DNA of 64,000 nt, from contig CAVTTN010000002.1 of assembly GCA_963737655.1 (NCBI GenBank), positions 1,792,001 through 1,856,000 of the forward strand, in the 5' to 3' direction. Position 1 is the stretch's first letter. Every line of letters starts with the position of its first letter. Both the position numbers and the translations under genes were made by a program. Positions 51,965-62,951 of the stretch are shown piece by piece. Below the pieces are notes generated by a model. That model was not told the origin of the DNA. It ran no database searches and saw only the letters and a list, made by a program, of their open reading frames with translations. This DNA is from an uncultured Planctomycetota bacterium. Its GTDB lineage: Bacteria; Planctomycetota; Planctomycetia; Isosphaerales; Isosphaeraceae.

Positions 51965-54354
51965 TCAATCTTTTTTGAAGTTCACGGCGACGTTCAACGT
52001 CGCCGGGGCCAGGCATGCGCGGTCGTTGCACGGCTGGTACTTGAGGACGATCTCGGCTTCGAGGGGGCCGGCGTCCGCCTTGTCGTCCAGGCGGACCCTG
52101 GCCCGGATCGTCGCCCGGCCTTCGTACACCTTCGCCGATTCGTCGGTGCCGGGGGCCCGGAAGGTCTTGCCCTCGGGATAGGTCACCTTCACGATCGTCA
52201 GGGGAGAGCCCGGGGCGATCGTGACCGTCGTGGGCTTGAGCGTCTCCGAGCCGCTCGGGTTCGCGGAGATGTGCCAGCCCGGGGCGATCTCGAGCGCGAT
52301 CGTCACGTCGAACTCGTCGCCCGGGGCGACCTTCGCGACGTTCCCGATTGCCTCGGCCGAGAGGACCGAACCCGGCTCGGCGAGGTTCCCGGGGGCCTTC
52401 GCGGGGCCGTCCCCTCGCTTGTTCAGGTAGTCATTCAGGCCGACGAGCATCAAGGGCACGCCCGTCGGCGCCCGCTTCATGACCGCGCTGAACGATTCCA
52501 GGGCCTTGCCGGCGGCATCCAGGTACTTCGCTTCGCCCGTGAGCTCGGCCATCGCCACGAGGTTGCGGATCGCGACGCTGTTGGCCCCGGGCAGGGCGCC
52601 GTCGAAGGGGTCCTTCATCCGGGCCAGGAGGGTCTCGTGGCCGTCGGCCGTGAAGAAGAAGCCGCCGTCCTTGTCGGAGAACTCGGCGAGCATCCGGTCG
52701 GTCAGCTCCCGGGCCTGGGCGAGCCGGTTCGCGTCTCCGGTGGCGGCGTGGAGCCGGATCAGGCCGTGGGCGAGGAAGGCATAGTCTTCGAGATAGGCCG
52801 CGCCCTTTGCCTTGCCGTCTCGGGAGGTCCGCAGGAGCCGGCCGTCCCCGTCCCGATGGACTTTGAGCACGAAATCGGCGGCCTTTTCGGCCGATTTTCG
52901 GCATCGGGGGTCTTTCAGGACGCGGAAGCCGTCGGCGTACGCGGCGATCGCCAGGCCGTTCCAGGCGGTCAGGACCTTCTCGTCCTTCCTCGGGGCGGGT
53001 CGCGCCTCTCGGACGGCCAGGAGCTTGGCCCTCAGAGGGGCGAGCCTCGCTTCGAGGGCCTCGGGCGTTGTCCCCAGGGCCTCGGCCGCGTCTTTGCGGG
53101 AGAAGGATTCGCGGAGGACGTGCCGGTCCCCCTCGAAGTTCGCCGGCCGGTCCAGGCCGTAGACTTTTGAGAAGGCCCGGAGGTCGTCGCCGTCGCCCAG
53201 GGCCCTGGCGACCTCCTCGTTCTTCCAGACGTAATAGGCCCCTTCCTCGCCCTCGGTCTCGGCGTCGAGGGCCGAGAAGAATCCGCCCTCGGGGGCCGTC
53301 ATCACGCGGTCGAGGAAGGCGAAGATGCCCTGGGCTTCGGCCTTCCAGCGCTCGTCCTTCGTGGCCTCGAAGGTTTCGAGGAACACGGTGGCGAGCTGGG
53401 CGTTGTCGTAGAGCATCTTCTCGAAGTGGGGGACCGTCCACGAGCGATCGACGCTGTAGCGGTGATAGCCGCCGCCGAGGTGGTCGCGAATCCCGCCTCG
53501 GGCCATGTGGTCGAGCGTCGCGAGGACCATCGCCCTCGGGTCCGGGCCCTTCAGGAGGCCCAGCCGCTTCGAGGCCGGCAGGCTGGCGCGGCGGAGGAGG
53601 AATTCGAGGTTCGACGGCTCGGGGAACTTCGGCCTCCGGGGGCGGTCGGGGTCGAAGCCGAACCCGCCGAAGTCGGGGTCGAAGTCCTCGGCCAACGCGG
53701 CCTGGCCGGCGTCGAGCAAGGACCGGGTCAGGGGGACGCGGTCCTTCTCGGCGGCCGCTCGGGACGACGTGCGGACGGCCTCGGTGAGCGTGTCGGCGTC
53801 GCGGTCGAGCTCGGCGCGGTGGTCCCGCCAGGCTTCGTGGATCTTCTCCAGCAAGGTGTCAAAGCCGGGGTTGCCTTCGCGGTCGTGAGGGGGCAGGTAC
53901 GTGGCGGCGAAGAACGGGCGGCCGTCGGGGAAGAGGAACAGGCTCATCGGCCAGCCGCCCGAGCCGCTGAAGCTCTGGAGGGCCGCCATGTACACGGCAT
54001 CCACGTCCGGCCGTTCCTCGCGATCGACCTTGATGCAGACGAACCGGGCGTTCAGGACCTTGGCGATCGCGGCGTCCTCGAACGTCTCGCGCTCCATCAC
54101 GTGGCACCAGTAGCACGACGAGTAGCCGACGGAGAGGAAGATCGGCTTGCCTTCCTTCTTCGCCTTCTCCAGGGCCTCGGGCCCCAGGGATACCAGTCCA
54201 CGGGGTTGTGGGCGTGCTGGAGGAGGTACGGGCTGGTCTCGCCGGCCAGGTGATTGGGGGGATGTTGGGTCCTGGGCTTCGGGTCGTCGGCCGAGGCCGG
54301 CAGCGTCAGGGAGAGCCAGGCGGTCGCCGCGAGGAAAACCAGCAGTCGTCTCAT
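51965..54354 (-). CDS. DUF255/YyaL (SSP411) thioredoxin-domain protein with C-terminal DsbD-N-like domain (frameshift ~54180)
   Basis: [21 protein letters not shown], then [33 protein letters not shown]-terminal GWHI...[12 protein letters not shown]. Confidence 0.9.
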
Positions 54355-54720
54355 GGCGAAGGTCCCGGGTCGGCGAGGTTCGATCGGTGGGGCGATTCTA
54401 CGCCGGGGACCGGGAGGGCGCCCACCTCCTCGACGGCCCGGGGCGTCGGGCCGCCTCGGATTCGAGGGCGGTTTCTTGGGCTCGGTTTCGTGGCGAATTC
54501 CTGATCGTCTGTCGTTGCAAGTGCTGATCGGAGAAGGGATTCGGCAAAAACGAACAATTTGTTTCGGAAATCTGAGGATGGGAAAAACTCGCTCTTCCGA
54601 GCGGCCGTCCCACGGGATCGGGACGGCCTCCCAAGGAAACAGGATCGCGAACGGAGCGGGTTGCGATCACCCGATCCGGGCGATTCGGCCGCCGAATGGT
54701 CGGCCCAAGGGTCGAGAATC

Positions 54721-54956
54721 GGGTGGCATGCTTACGTCTTTGTCACGCGACACGAAGTTATACCCCCGCGCCGCGATTGTATTTTCAGGCGTTTCTTCGT
54801 ATAAACGCTTGAAAGATCGTCGGTTGCGTCCGAAGGCCCTTGAAATTGTCGAACAATTCAGGGGGTATAACTTCGTGTCGCGTGACATCTTCGTCAGCAT
54901 GGCTTCGGTTCGAGCTGGGCCTAAGACATGCTTACGAAGACGTAAGCATGCCACCC
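54721..54956. repeat. REP doublet (REPIN-like) interrupted by a MITE
   Basis: GGGTGGCATGCTTACGTCTT ... AAGACGTAAGCATGCCACCC, 20-bp perfect outer inverted repeat; homologous to 56912-56997. Confidence 0.85.
54741..54887. mobile_element. 147-bp MITE with 27-bp perfect TIRs and 4-bp TSD (TCTT)
   Basis: TGTCACGCGACACGAAGTTATACCCCC / GGGGGTATAACTTCGTGTCGCGTGACA; TCTT at 54737-54740 and 54888-54891; absent from the paralogous site at 56912. Confidence 0.9.
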
Positions 54957-55012
54957 AAAATGGCAAGTTCTCTGGGGCGATCCATCGCCGATTCACGAGT
55001 TGGAGGCCTGGC

Positions 55013-56839
55013 CTAATTTGGCTCGTTCACCCGGGTGGTGATGGAGTAGGTCCGGGCGTCGTCCTCGTCGTGGGCGAAGTGGACGGTGCAGATGGCGGTG
55101 CCCTTCTTGGTGGCCTTCACGCGGAGGGTCAGCACCTGGTCGGCCCCGGAGGCGAGGTCGAAGGGGGTGAACATGGCGTCGTGGCGGGGCTGGCCCTCCT
55201 GGGCGGCGGAGGCGGCCTTGGTCGGCCCGCTGGTGTCGATCAGGTCCATGTTGTCCGTGAGCTTGGCCGTGACCAGGAGCTTCTTCGCGTCGAGGGAGCC
55301 GACGTTCTTCATGTGGATCTCGTAGACGGTCTCCTCGCCCACGTCCAGGACGCGCCGCTTCTCCTCGACGGTGCACTTGATGTCGGGCATGCCGACGACC
55401 TCGGTGGTGCATCGGTCGTCCTTGCGGGGGCAGGTGTCGGCCTGGATGGCGGCCTTCACGTCGTACCGGCCGGCGCCTCCGACGGTCATCAGGAAGCTCA
55501 GCTCCCGGGGAGGGGCGTTGGGCTCGATCTCGCCCAGGGGCCAGAAGAGGCTGCGGTCGCTGGCGCCGTACTTCGCCCCCGGGGGGACCGCCTCGAGCTT
55601 GCCCCCGAGGGGAAGCCAGATCTTGGCCCGGGCGTTCTTCGCCGTGGCGGTGCCGGGGTTCGAGATGGTCAGGGTGTATCGGGCGACGGTGTCGGTGTAC
55701 TTGGTCTGCGAGCCCTTGAGCTTCAGCTCGAGCTTCGGCTCGACGACCTCGACGCCCGCCTCCGCGTGGGCCTCGGGCCGGTCGGTCACGTCGGCGCTCT
55801 CGGCCCAGACCTCGCATTTCTGGAGGCCGCCGGCGCCGGCCTCGACCTCCAGGGGGAGGGTCTCGCTCTCGCCGGAGTTCAGCGCCTCCCGGCCGAGGTC
55901 TTCCTTGAACTTGACCTCGACCTCGCTGCCGTACTCCTGCTTCAGCCCCGGGCTCAGCTTGGCGTGGACGATCACGTTGCGGGCCGTGCCCGAGCCGTTG
56001 TTCGTGACGTGGACGGCGAACGTGACGAACTTGCCCTTGAGGACCTTGCCGCTCTCGTCCTGGGTGATCTCGACCTTCAATTTCGGCTCTTTCACCAGGG
56101 TCCGGGCGCGGCTGCCGGTCAGCAGGCGGACCGTCGGCGCGTGGTCGAAGTCGCCGGTCCTCGTGGGCTTGACGGTCACGGTGATGACCTTCTCGGCGCC
56201 CGCGGGGAGGCTGTCGAGCTGCCAGACCAGCATGTCCCCGATCGGGTCCATGGGCGCGGGTTCGGCCTTCTCGAACAGGAGGCCCTCCGGGAGCCGGTCG
56301 TACACGGCCACGCTCATGGCGGGCGAGGCGCCGGTGTTCTTCACCACGATCTTGAACTTGGTGGACTTGTTCACGTTCGCCGTGGCCGGGGCCTGGACCT
56401 CGACGGTCACCGCGGCCGAGCTCGGGGCCAGGGGCAGGCGGTCCGGCGACAGGATCCACGGCATCTTGCCGTCCTGGGTCGAGCCGGCCGGGCTCGCGGC
56501 GGCGCCCCCGGGAGGCTCCTTCGCGGCGGGCAGGGGGTCGGCCGGGTCTTTCGGAGGGGCCTGGACCTTCAGGAGGTCATCCCGCTTCGGGATCTCCTCC
56601 TCGCCGGGTCCGGGTTCCACCGGGGGAGTGGCCTTGGGCTTCGCTCCGGCCTTCGTCGATCCGCCGGAAAGGGCCGGGGGGGCCTCCGGCTCGTCGATCG
56701 GGTCCGCGCCCTCGGGCCCGGGAGGGGGCGCCGGGGCGGGCCCGCTCAGGGCGGGCGGCTCGTCCTGAGCCGAAGCGCCCCGCCACGCCCCAGGAAGGGT
56801 CAGGGTCATCACGACCGCGATCAGCAAGAGCCGGGTCAT
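55013..56839 (-). CDS. Secreted DUF11/Ig-like repeat protein (OmcB-like)
   Basis: Signal peptide, Pro-rich linker, four repeats with VKNTG / VTNNGSG / ISNPGT / MKNVGS and DxLPxGL-type motifs. Confidence 0.82.
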   Translation of the reverse strand: MTRLLLIAVVMTLTLPGAWRGASAQDEPPALSGPAPAPPPGPEGADPIDEPEAPPALSGGSTKAGAKPKATPPVEPGPGEEEIPKRDDLLKVQAPPKDPADPLPAAKEPPGGAAASPAGSTQDGKMPWILSPDRLPLAPSSAAVTVEVQAPATANVNKSTKFKIVVKNTGASPAMSVAVYDRLPEGLLFEKAEPAPMDPIGDMLVWQLDSLPAGAEKVITVTVKPTRTGDFDHAPTVRLLTGSRARTLVKEPKLKVEITQDESGKVLKGKFVTFAVHVTNNGSGTARNVIVHAKLSPGLKQEYGSEVEVKFKEDLGREALNSGESETLPLEVEAGAGGLQKCEVWAESADVTDRPEAHAEAGVEVVEPKLELKLKGSQTKYTDTVARYTLTISNPGTATAKNARAKIWLPLGGKLEAVPPGAKYGASDRSLFWPLGEIEPNAPPRELSFLMTVGGAGRYDVKAAIQADTCPRKDDRCTTEVVGMPDIKCTVEEKRRVLDVGEETVYEIHMKNVGSLDAKKLLVTAKLTDNMDLIDTSGPTKAASAAQEGQPRHDAMFTPFDLASGADQVLTLRVKATKKGTAICTVHFAHDEDDARTYSITTRVNEPN

Positions 56840-56911
56840 GGAAACGCTCCCCTCCTTGGGAACGGCCCTCGCGGGAAATGGGCGGTGGCGAGGCGTCCGT
56901 GGTCCGTGATC

Positions 56912-56997
56912 GGGTGGCATGCTTACGTCTTCGTAAGCATGGCTTCGGCCGGGCTCGGACCCAAAGACATGCTTACGAACACATAAGCATGCTGCCC
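56912..56997. repeat. REP doublet (REPIN-like), uninterrupted copy
   Basis: GGGTGG-CATGCTTACG-TCTT-CGTAAGCATG, spacer, then an inverted and slightly diverged second unit. Confidence 0.85.
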
Positions 56998-57086
56998 GAC
57001 CCGCGAAGTACGGACAACCGACGACTCGCGACCGTCCTTTCACAACCGAAGGCTCCAAATAGCATAAGCGGGCGATCTCGAAAAGC

Positions 57087-58025
57087 TCAGATCGGCCGGT
57101 CGATGGCCTCGGCCAGCCTCCTCGCGGTGGCCTCCGGGGGTTCGTCGTCGGGGACGGGGAGGGGTCGGCATTCGGCCAGCCCCCGGAACCACGTCCCCTG
57201 GCGCTTGGCGAACTGGCGGGTCCGGGCCTGGGTCTTCGCCACGGCCTCGGCCAGCGAGGATCGCCCGTCGAGGTGATCGATCGCCTCGCGATACCCCACG
57301 CCCTGGCTCGGGACCGGATTCAGCGGCCTGGAGGCGGACCGAAGCGCCCGAACCTCGGCCAGCAGCCCATGTTCGAACATGGAGACCACCCGGCGATCGA
57401 TCCGGTCGCGGAGCGTCTGGCGAGGTCTCTCCAGGGCGAACACCCGGGCGTCGCGGTCCGGCTGATCGTGGGAGGTCTGGAAGTCGCTCAACGGCCGGCC
57501 GGTCAGTTCCAGGACTTCCAGGGCGCGAATCACCCGGCGGCGGTCCGCCGGATGGAGCCGGGCCGCGGAGACCGGGTCGCCCTGAACCAGACGCGCATGG
57601 AGGGCCTCGCCCCCGAGCCGATCGGCGTCCGCTTCGAGCCTCGCCCGGAGGTCCGGGTCGGCGCCGGGCCCGTCGAACAGCCCCCGGAGGAGCGTTTTCA
57701 GGTAAAGGGCCGTCCCGCCCACGAACAACGGCCGCCGCCCCCTCGCCTGGATGGCCTCGACGGCCGACAGCGCCCAGGCCCGATAGTCGGCCACGCTCGC
57801 CGATTCCCAGGGATGGAGGAGGTCGAGCAGGTGATGGGGGACCCCTCGCCTCTCCTCGACCGACGGCTTGGCCGTGCCGATGTCCATGCCTCGGTAGAGG
57901 GTCATGGAGTCCATCGCCACGACCTCCGCCCCCAGGATCTCGGCCAGGGCCACGCCCACGGCCGTCTTGCCCGAGGCGGTGGGGCCGGTCAGGTACAGGG
58001 CCTGGCGGAGCGGGTCGTCGGTCAT
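57087..58025 (-). CDS. miaA: tRNA dimethylallyltransferase
   Basis: GPTASGKT, DSMTLYRGMDIGTAKP, VGGTALY, RQFAKRQGTWF. Confidence 0.96.
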   Translation of the reverse strand: MTDDPLRQALYLTGPTASGKTAVGVALAEILGAEVVAMDSMTLYRGMDIGTAKPSVEERRGVPHHLLDLLHPWESASVADYRAWALSAVEAIQARGRRPLFVGGTALYLKTLLRGLFDGPGADPDLRARLEADADRLGGEALHARLVQGDPVSAARLHPADRRRVIRALEVLELTGRPLSDFQTSHDQPDRDARVFALERPRQTLRDRIDRRVVSMFEHGLLAEVRALRSASRPLNPVPSQGVGYREAIDHLDGRSSLAEAVAKTQARTRQFAKRQGTWFRGLAECRPLPVPDDEPPEATARRLAEAIDRPI

Positions 58026-58186
58026 GGGCGGGGCCGTCTGCGAAAGGGTCGGAATTCCACGGTGGGTCGGGTCGGGAGAACCGATTCTATCGACATCCTT
58101 CGGCGTTTGCGGCATGTCCCGGGCTTCGGAAGGCCAGGGCCGGGAGAGTTCCGGCCGAAACCCACCACGCAAGCAGTGAGGACGAG

Positions 58187-58633
58187 ATGCCCATCGCGCG
58201 ATCGGCCCTGGAGATCCTGGACGAAGTCACGATCCCTGTTCCTTGCCCGGCGTCCTGGTCGGACATGACGGGCGGCGATCGGGTCCGCACCTGCTCCGCC
58301 TGCGAGAAACCGGTGTTTGACCTGTCGGCGATCACGACGGTCGAGGCCGCCCGGCTCCTCGGGGATGCCGATCGCCTGCCGTGCGTCCGGGTCCGCCGGG
58401 GAGAGGACGGCCGAATCCTGACCGCCGACGGCCCGGCCGGGTTCCGGGAGCGAATCCGGCGGCGGCTGGGTCGTCACGCCGGGTGGGCCGCGGCCCTGTT
58501 CGCCCTGGTCTTCCTCCCGGGATGCACGCGAATGTTCACCTACGGGGCGCCGGCCCGGATGATCAAGGAGCCGATCCATGCCCCGGACGGCGGCCACGAG
58601 CATCGAGGGCCCGATCCGGCGGCCGAGCGATGA
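58187..58633 (+). CDS. Hypothetical protein with Cys cluster and TM segment
   Basis: PCPASWSDMTGGDRVRTCSACEKPVFDLS...CVR pattern; GAGGA RBS. Confidence 0.75.
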   Translation: MPIARSALEILDEVTIPVPCPASWSDMTGGDRVRTCSACEKPVFDLSAITTVEAARLLGDADRLPCVRVRRGEDGRILTADGPAGFRERIRRRLGRHAGWAAALFALVFLPGCTRMFTYGAPARMIKEPIHAPDGGHEHRGPDPAAER

Positions 58634-58870
58634 GGAATTCCCGACTCGACCGGAAGTCTTGGCCGGATCTTGGCATCCGAATTGCCGGCCTCGGGGGTCG
58701 CCGGCTCCTCCCTTGTCTCGGCCCCGGGTCGTGTCTATAGCTTGACACGGGGCGTCGCCCTCGCCGGGGAAGGCGAGAGGGGGGCGCCGGAGCCGGCGGA
58801 GGCCGCCCGATCCGGTCGGGAGGCGGGCCGGAGATATGTCCTGGTCCCGAGCCCGAGGTGCCCCTTGTCG

Positions 58871-59881
58871 ATGAACGCCCCGATCCGGACCATCCCCAAG
58901 CGCCTCTCGATCGTCCGGGTCCCCGAGGCGAGCCCTTCGCAATCGTTCGCCCAGGCCGTGAGGAGCGGCCTGCTCGCGGAGCCCAAGACCTTGCCCTGTC
59001 AGTTCTTGTACGATGCCGCCGGCTCCGAGCTCTTCGAGAAGATTTGCTCCCTCCCCGAATACTACCTGACCCGGACCGAGGACGCGATCCTCCGCGATCA
59101 CGCCGACGCGATGACCGCCGGCCTGCCCGATGGCCCCGCCCTGATCGAGCTCGGCAGCGGCAGCTCGACGAAGACCCGGCGCCTGATCGAGGCGGCCCTT
59201 GAGGCTTACGGCGACGTGCATTACGTCCCGATCGACGTCTCGCCGACGATCCTGGAGGACTCGGCCCGAGGGCTCGTCCGCGACTATCACCGGCTGAGGG
59301 TCACGGGCTACGCGGGGGATTATCGGTCCGCCCTGGGGGAGGTCGCCGCGAGGGTCCGGCGGCCGAAGCTGGTCGTCTTCCTCGGGTCCAGCCTCGGCAA
59401 TTATACCGACGAGGACGCGGCCGACCTGCTCGCCCACGTCCGCCGGACGATGGGCCCCGACGACCGATTCCTGCTGGGGACGGACCTGGCTAAGGGTCGA
59501 GAAATCCTCGAACCGGCCTACGACGACGCCCAGGGCGTCTCGGCGGCGTTCAACCGCAACCTCCTGACGAGGATCAACCGCGAGCTCGGCGGGGAGTTCG
59601 ACCCGATGAGCTTCACCCACCGGGCGGTCTACCGGGCCGAGCCCGGGAGGGTGGAGATGCACCTCGTCAGCCAGACGTCGCAGGTCGTGCGGGTCAAGGC
59701 CCTGGGGATCGAGGTCCCCTTCGCCCTCGGCGAGTCGATCCACACGGAGAACTCGCGGAAATACACGGTCGAGGTGCTCGATTCGCTCGCCCGGACCGCC
59801 GGGTTCGTCGAGGAGGCCGCCTGGACCGACGCCTCCGGGGCCTTCCGCGTGCAGAGGTGGCGGCCGTCCCGGGCGCAGTAG
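58871..59881 (+). CDS. egtD: L-histidine N-alpha-methyltransferase
   Basis: KTLPCQFLYDAAGSELF, EYYLTRTE, ELGSGSSTKT, FLGSSLGN, AYDDAQGV, IHTENSRKY. Confidence 0.93.
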   Translation: MNAPIRTIPKRLSIVRVPEASPSQSFAQAVRSGLLAEPKTLPCQFLYDAAGSELFEKICSLPEYYLTRTEDAILRDHADAMTAGLPDGPALIELGSGSSTKTRRLIEAALEAYGDVHYVPIDVSPTILEDSARGLVRDYHRLRVTGYAGDYRSALGEVAARVRRPKLVVFLGSSLGNYTDEDAADLLAHVRRTMGPDDRFLLGTDLAKGREILEPAYDDAQGVSAAFNRNLLTRINRELGGEFDPMSFTHRAVYRAEPGRVEMHLVSQTSQVVRVKALGIEVPFALGESIHTENSRKYTVEVLDSLARTAGFVEEAAWTDASGAFRVQRWRPSRAQ

Positions 59882-59982
59882 ATCGGCCCTGGGGTCGGGC
59901 CGGGAGGCTCGACACCCGGCCCTCCCGCGCCCATAATCCTTCCTCGGGGGTCGAGTACACTTCGGCGAGGCTCGGTCGTCCC

Positions 59983-60132
59983 ATGAGGCGATTCGTCCTG
60001 ATCGTTCTGTTGATGGGGCTGGTCGGCTGCTCGCCCAAGGAGAGCGGCCATCGGGACGGCGCCCCCTCGGGAGCCGGGCCGGCCCCGTCGCCTCCTTCGC
60101 CTTCGCCCTCGACGAAGATCCCGATGCATTGA
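59983..60132 (+). CDS. Small lipoprotein (49 aa)
   Basis: MRRFVLIVLLMGLVGC, a canonical lipobox; Pro/Ser tail. Confidence 0.6.
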   Translation: MRRFVLIVLLMGLVGCSPKESGHRDGAPSGAGPAPSPPSPSPSTKIPMH

Positions 60133-60149
60133 CCGCTCTTGATTGATGG

Positions 60150-61222
60150 ATGGACAGCGAGGGGAGGCCCGCGGTGACGGATTCTCGGCCCCTGGTGGCC
60201 CTCACGCTCGGGGACGTCGCCGGGATCGGGCCGGAGGTCGTCGCCCGGGCGTGGTCCGAGGCGTCGTTGCGGACGATCGCCCGTCCGTTCGTCGTCGGCC
60301 ATCCGGCGAGCCTGGAACAGGGCATCGCGATCGTCGGCGGGACGATCGAGGTCCGCGTGATCGACCGCCCGGAGGACGCCCGGCCCGACTCCCGGACGAT
60401 CCCCTGCCTCCTCGGCACCGATCAGGCCCTGGCGGGCCTGCCGCTCGGCAAGGTGGACGCTCGGGCCGGTCGCGCCGCCCATGATTTCCTGGTCTCGGCG
60501 ATCGACCTGGCCCTGGAGGGCCGGGTGGACGCGATCGTCACGCTCCCCTTGAACAAGGAATCGCTCCGGGCCGGTGGGGTGAGGCATCCCGGGCACACGG
60601 AGATCCTCGCCGAGCGGTGCGGCGTGTCGGATTTCGCGATGATGCTCTACCTCGGCCCGCCGACCGGGGGCGGGGACGCCGGGCTCGGCGTGGTCCACGC
60701 GACGCTCCATGTGCCCCTGCGAGACGTCTTCCGGCTCCTGACCATCGACCGGGTGGCCGAGACCATCGCCCTGGCCGATCGCGCCCTGAGGCCCCTGACC
60801 GGGGGGCGGGCCCGAGGGTCGCCGTGGCCGGATTGAACCCCCACGCCGGGGAGAACGGCCTGTTCGGCGACGAGGAGATCCGGGTGATCGGCCCGGCCGT
60901 CGAGAGGGCCCGGGCGATGGGGATCGACGTCGCCGGGCCGATCGCCGCCGACACCCTGTTCGTCCGCGCCGTCGGCGGCGAGTTCGACGCGGTGGTGGCG
61001 ATGTATCACGACCAGGGCCACGTGGCCCTGAAGACCCTGGGATTTGACCGCGCGGTGAACGTGACCCTCGGGCTGCCGATCGTCCGGACGAGCGTGGCCC
61101 ACGGCACGGCCTTCGACATCGCCGGCTCGGGCCGGGCCGAGACGTCCAGCCTGATCGAGGCGGTCCGCGTGGCCGCGAGGATCGTCGCCGGCCGTCGCTC
61201 GGAGGCCCTGACCCGATCATGA
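60150..61222 (+). CDS. pdxA: 4-hydroxythreonine-4-phosphate dehydrogenase (frameshift ~60801-60813)
   Basis: [45 protein letters not shown]. Confidence 0.92.
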
Positions 61223-61857
61223 CCCGGATCTACCTCGTCCGCCACGGCGCCACGGCCGCCAATCGCGAGACGCCCTATCGCATCCAGGGCCGGGGATCGA
61301 ACCGGCCTCTCGACGAGGTCGGGCTCGCCCAGGCCGAGGCCGCCGCCGGCGCCCTGGCCTCGCTGCCGATCGCCGCGGTCTTCACCAGCCCGATGCTCCG
61401 GGCCGTCCAGACCGCCTCGGCCATCGCCGGGCGCTTCGCGCTCGACCCGGAGACGGTCCCCGAGATCACCGAGGCCGACGTCGGCCGGTGGGAAGGGCTC
61501 ACGTGGGACCAGGCCGCCGAGAAGGACCCCGAGCAGGTCGCCCGGTTCCTGGCCGATCCCGGCACCGTTCCGTATCCCGACGGGGAGTCGTTCCGGGACG
61601 TCCAGGGACGGGTCACCCCGGCGATCCTCGCCCTGGCGGCGAGGCATCCGGGAGGGCGGATCGTCGTGGTCGGGCACAACGTCGTCAATCGCGCGTTCCT
61701 GGCCCCGTGGCTGGGCGTCCCGATCGAGAAGGCCCGGGGGCTCCGCCAGGCCAACGGCGGGATCAGCGTCGTGGTCGTGGAGAAGGACGGCAAGGCCGTC
61801 GTCGAGACCCTGAACTCGACCCTACACCTCGATGTTCCGGGGCTTCCGTGCGGATGA
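61219..61857 (+). CDS. Histidine phosphatase (phosphoglycerate mutase family)
   Basis: LVRHG, SPMLRA, GES, VVGH; ATGA overlap with pdxA. Confidence 0.92.
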   Translation: MTRIYLVRHGATAANRETPYRIQGRGSNRPLDEVGLAQAEAAAGALASLPIAAVFTSPMLRAVQTASAIAGRFALDPETVPEITEADVGRWEGLTWDQAAEKDPEQVARFLADPGTVPYPDGESFRDVQGRVTPAILALAARHPGGRIVVVGHNVVNRAFLAPWLGVPIEKARGLRQANGGISVVVVEKDGKAVVETLNSTLHLDVPGLPCG

Positions 61858-62244
61858 GCGGTCGCCGATCCAGGGCGACGCATCCTTCCCCCACCAGAAG
61901 GCGAAGAGGGTGCCGAACCCGACCATGATCCAGGTGACGTTCTCGACCGTCGCCGGATGGGTCACGAAGTATTCGAGCGAATCGTTGTTCCGGGGGAAGA
62001 ACTTCCACTCGCTCAGGAGGCCGACGAGGGAGGCGGCGACCCCGGCCACGGCGCCCCGGACGATCGAGCGCCGCCGAGAGAGCAGATTGCAGCCCAGGCC
62101 GAGCATCGCCCCGGGGATGACCAGCCCGTAATAGCCCCGATGCTTCAGCCAGACGAAGAGGAACACGCCCACCGCCGCCCCGATCGCCGCCCCGACCAGG
62201 CTCATCACGGCCTCAAGCAGCGTCTTCACCATCGTCCCCTCCAC
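61822..62244 (-). CDS. Small multi-pass membrane protein
   Basis: Four Gly/Ala-rich hydrophobic segments. Confidence 0.7.
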   Translation of the reverse strand: MEGTMVKTLLEAVMSLVGAAIGAAVGVFLFVWLKHRGYYGLVIPGAMLGLGCNLLSRRRSIVRGAVAGVAASLVGLLSEWKFFPRNNDSLEYFVTHPATVENVTWIMVGFGTLFAFWWGKDASPWIGDRSSARKPRNIEV

Positions 62245-62951
62245 GCTCGGTCTCGCCCCGGTCCTCGATCTCCGAGATTATTCAGGGTCGGGGCCGTGGG
62301 GGCAAGTCGGGCCGAGGAGAATTCGGCGACGCCGGGGCTGACCGTTGACGAGCGCAGGGGACTTCACATGGAGATTGAAGTCTTTGGAGAAATCATGGAT
62401 TCGAGCGGAAGTCGATTCGAACCGAACCCTCGGTTGATGTAAATAGGCAAAAAACCCGAAAGGTAACATTCGATTGGTTTGCAGATCTCAACGTGGTTTC
62501 GGCCCGAAACGAGCCGATTGGGACGCCGAAAAAAATGACATTTTGGGGTTGACCTCGGCGAATCGCACCTCGTAGGATCAGCCCGCACGTTCGAATTCGC
62601 CATTTTCGGTGAATCCCAAGCTCAGAAACTTCGTCGTGCCCGAGTTGCGTCACGTCCCCTGGATCGTGAGAGGGTCCGTCCGTCGCCCGCGAGCGATCGG
62701 CGGTGTGCAAGGCGCCGATCCCGCAGGGCGTCCCGATTAATTTGGCCGATCGGCCTGCGTCAAGGGGTCCCCTCTTCGGTTGAGGGGGCGTCCTTGTCGT
62801 CGAGGTCGCGCCGCGTCTGGGGCCCGGCCGAGGGGGGACCTCGGCCGGGATCGTTCGTCGTCCGCGCCCCGTTGGGTGCCCTCCGTGAGACGGGGCCCCG
62901 GCGGGGCTCGTGCCTCGTCGCGCCTCGAGTCTTCCGACCCCGGAGCCCCCC

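Noticed and set aside
54866..54876. ATAACTTCGT in the MITE TIR resembles a loxP arm
   Set aside because: Only 10 bp match, the arms are ~95 bp apart rather than 8, and the TSD points to DDE-type transposition.
58871..59881. Complete ergothioneine cluster
   Set aside because: Only egtD is present; no egtB or egtC in the window.
62444..62535. GGCAAA...CGAAAG resembling a c-di-GMP-I riboswitch
   Set aside because: The GACGCAAA segment does not follow at the right spacing and no convincing P1/P3 stems are visible.
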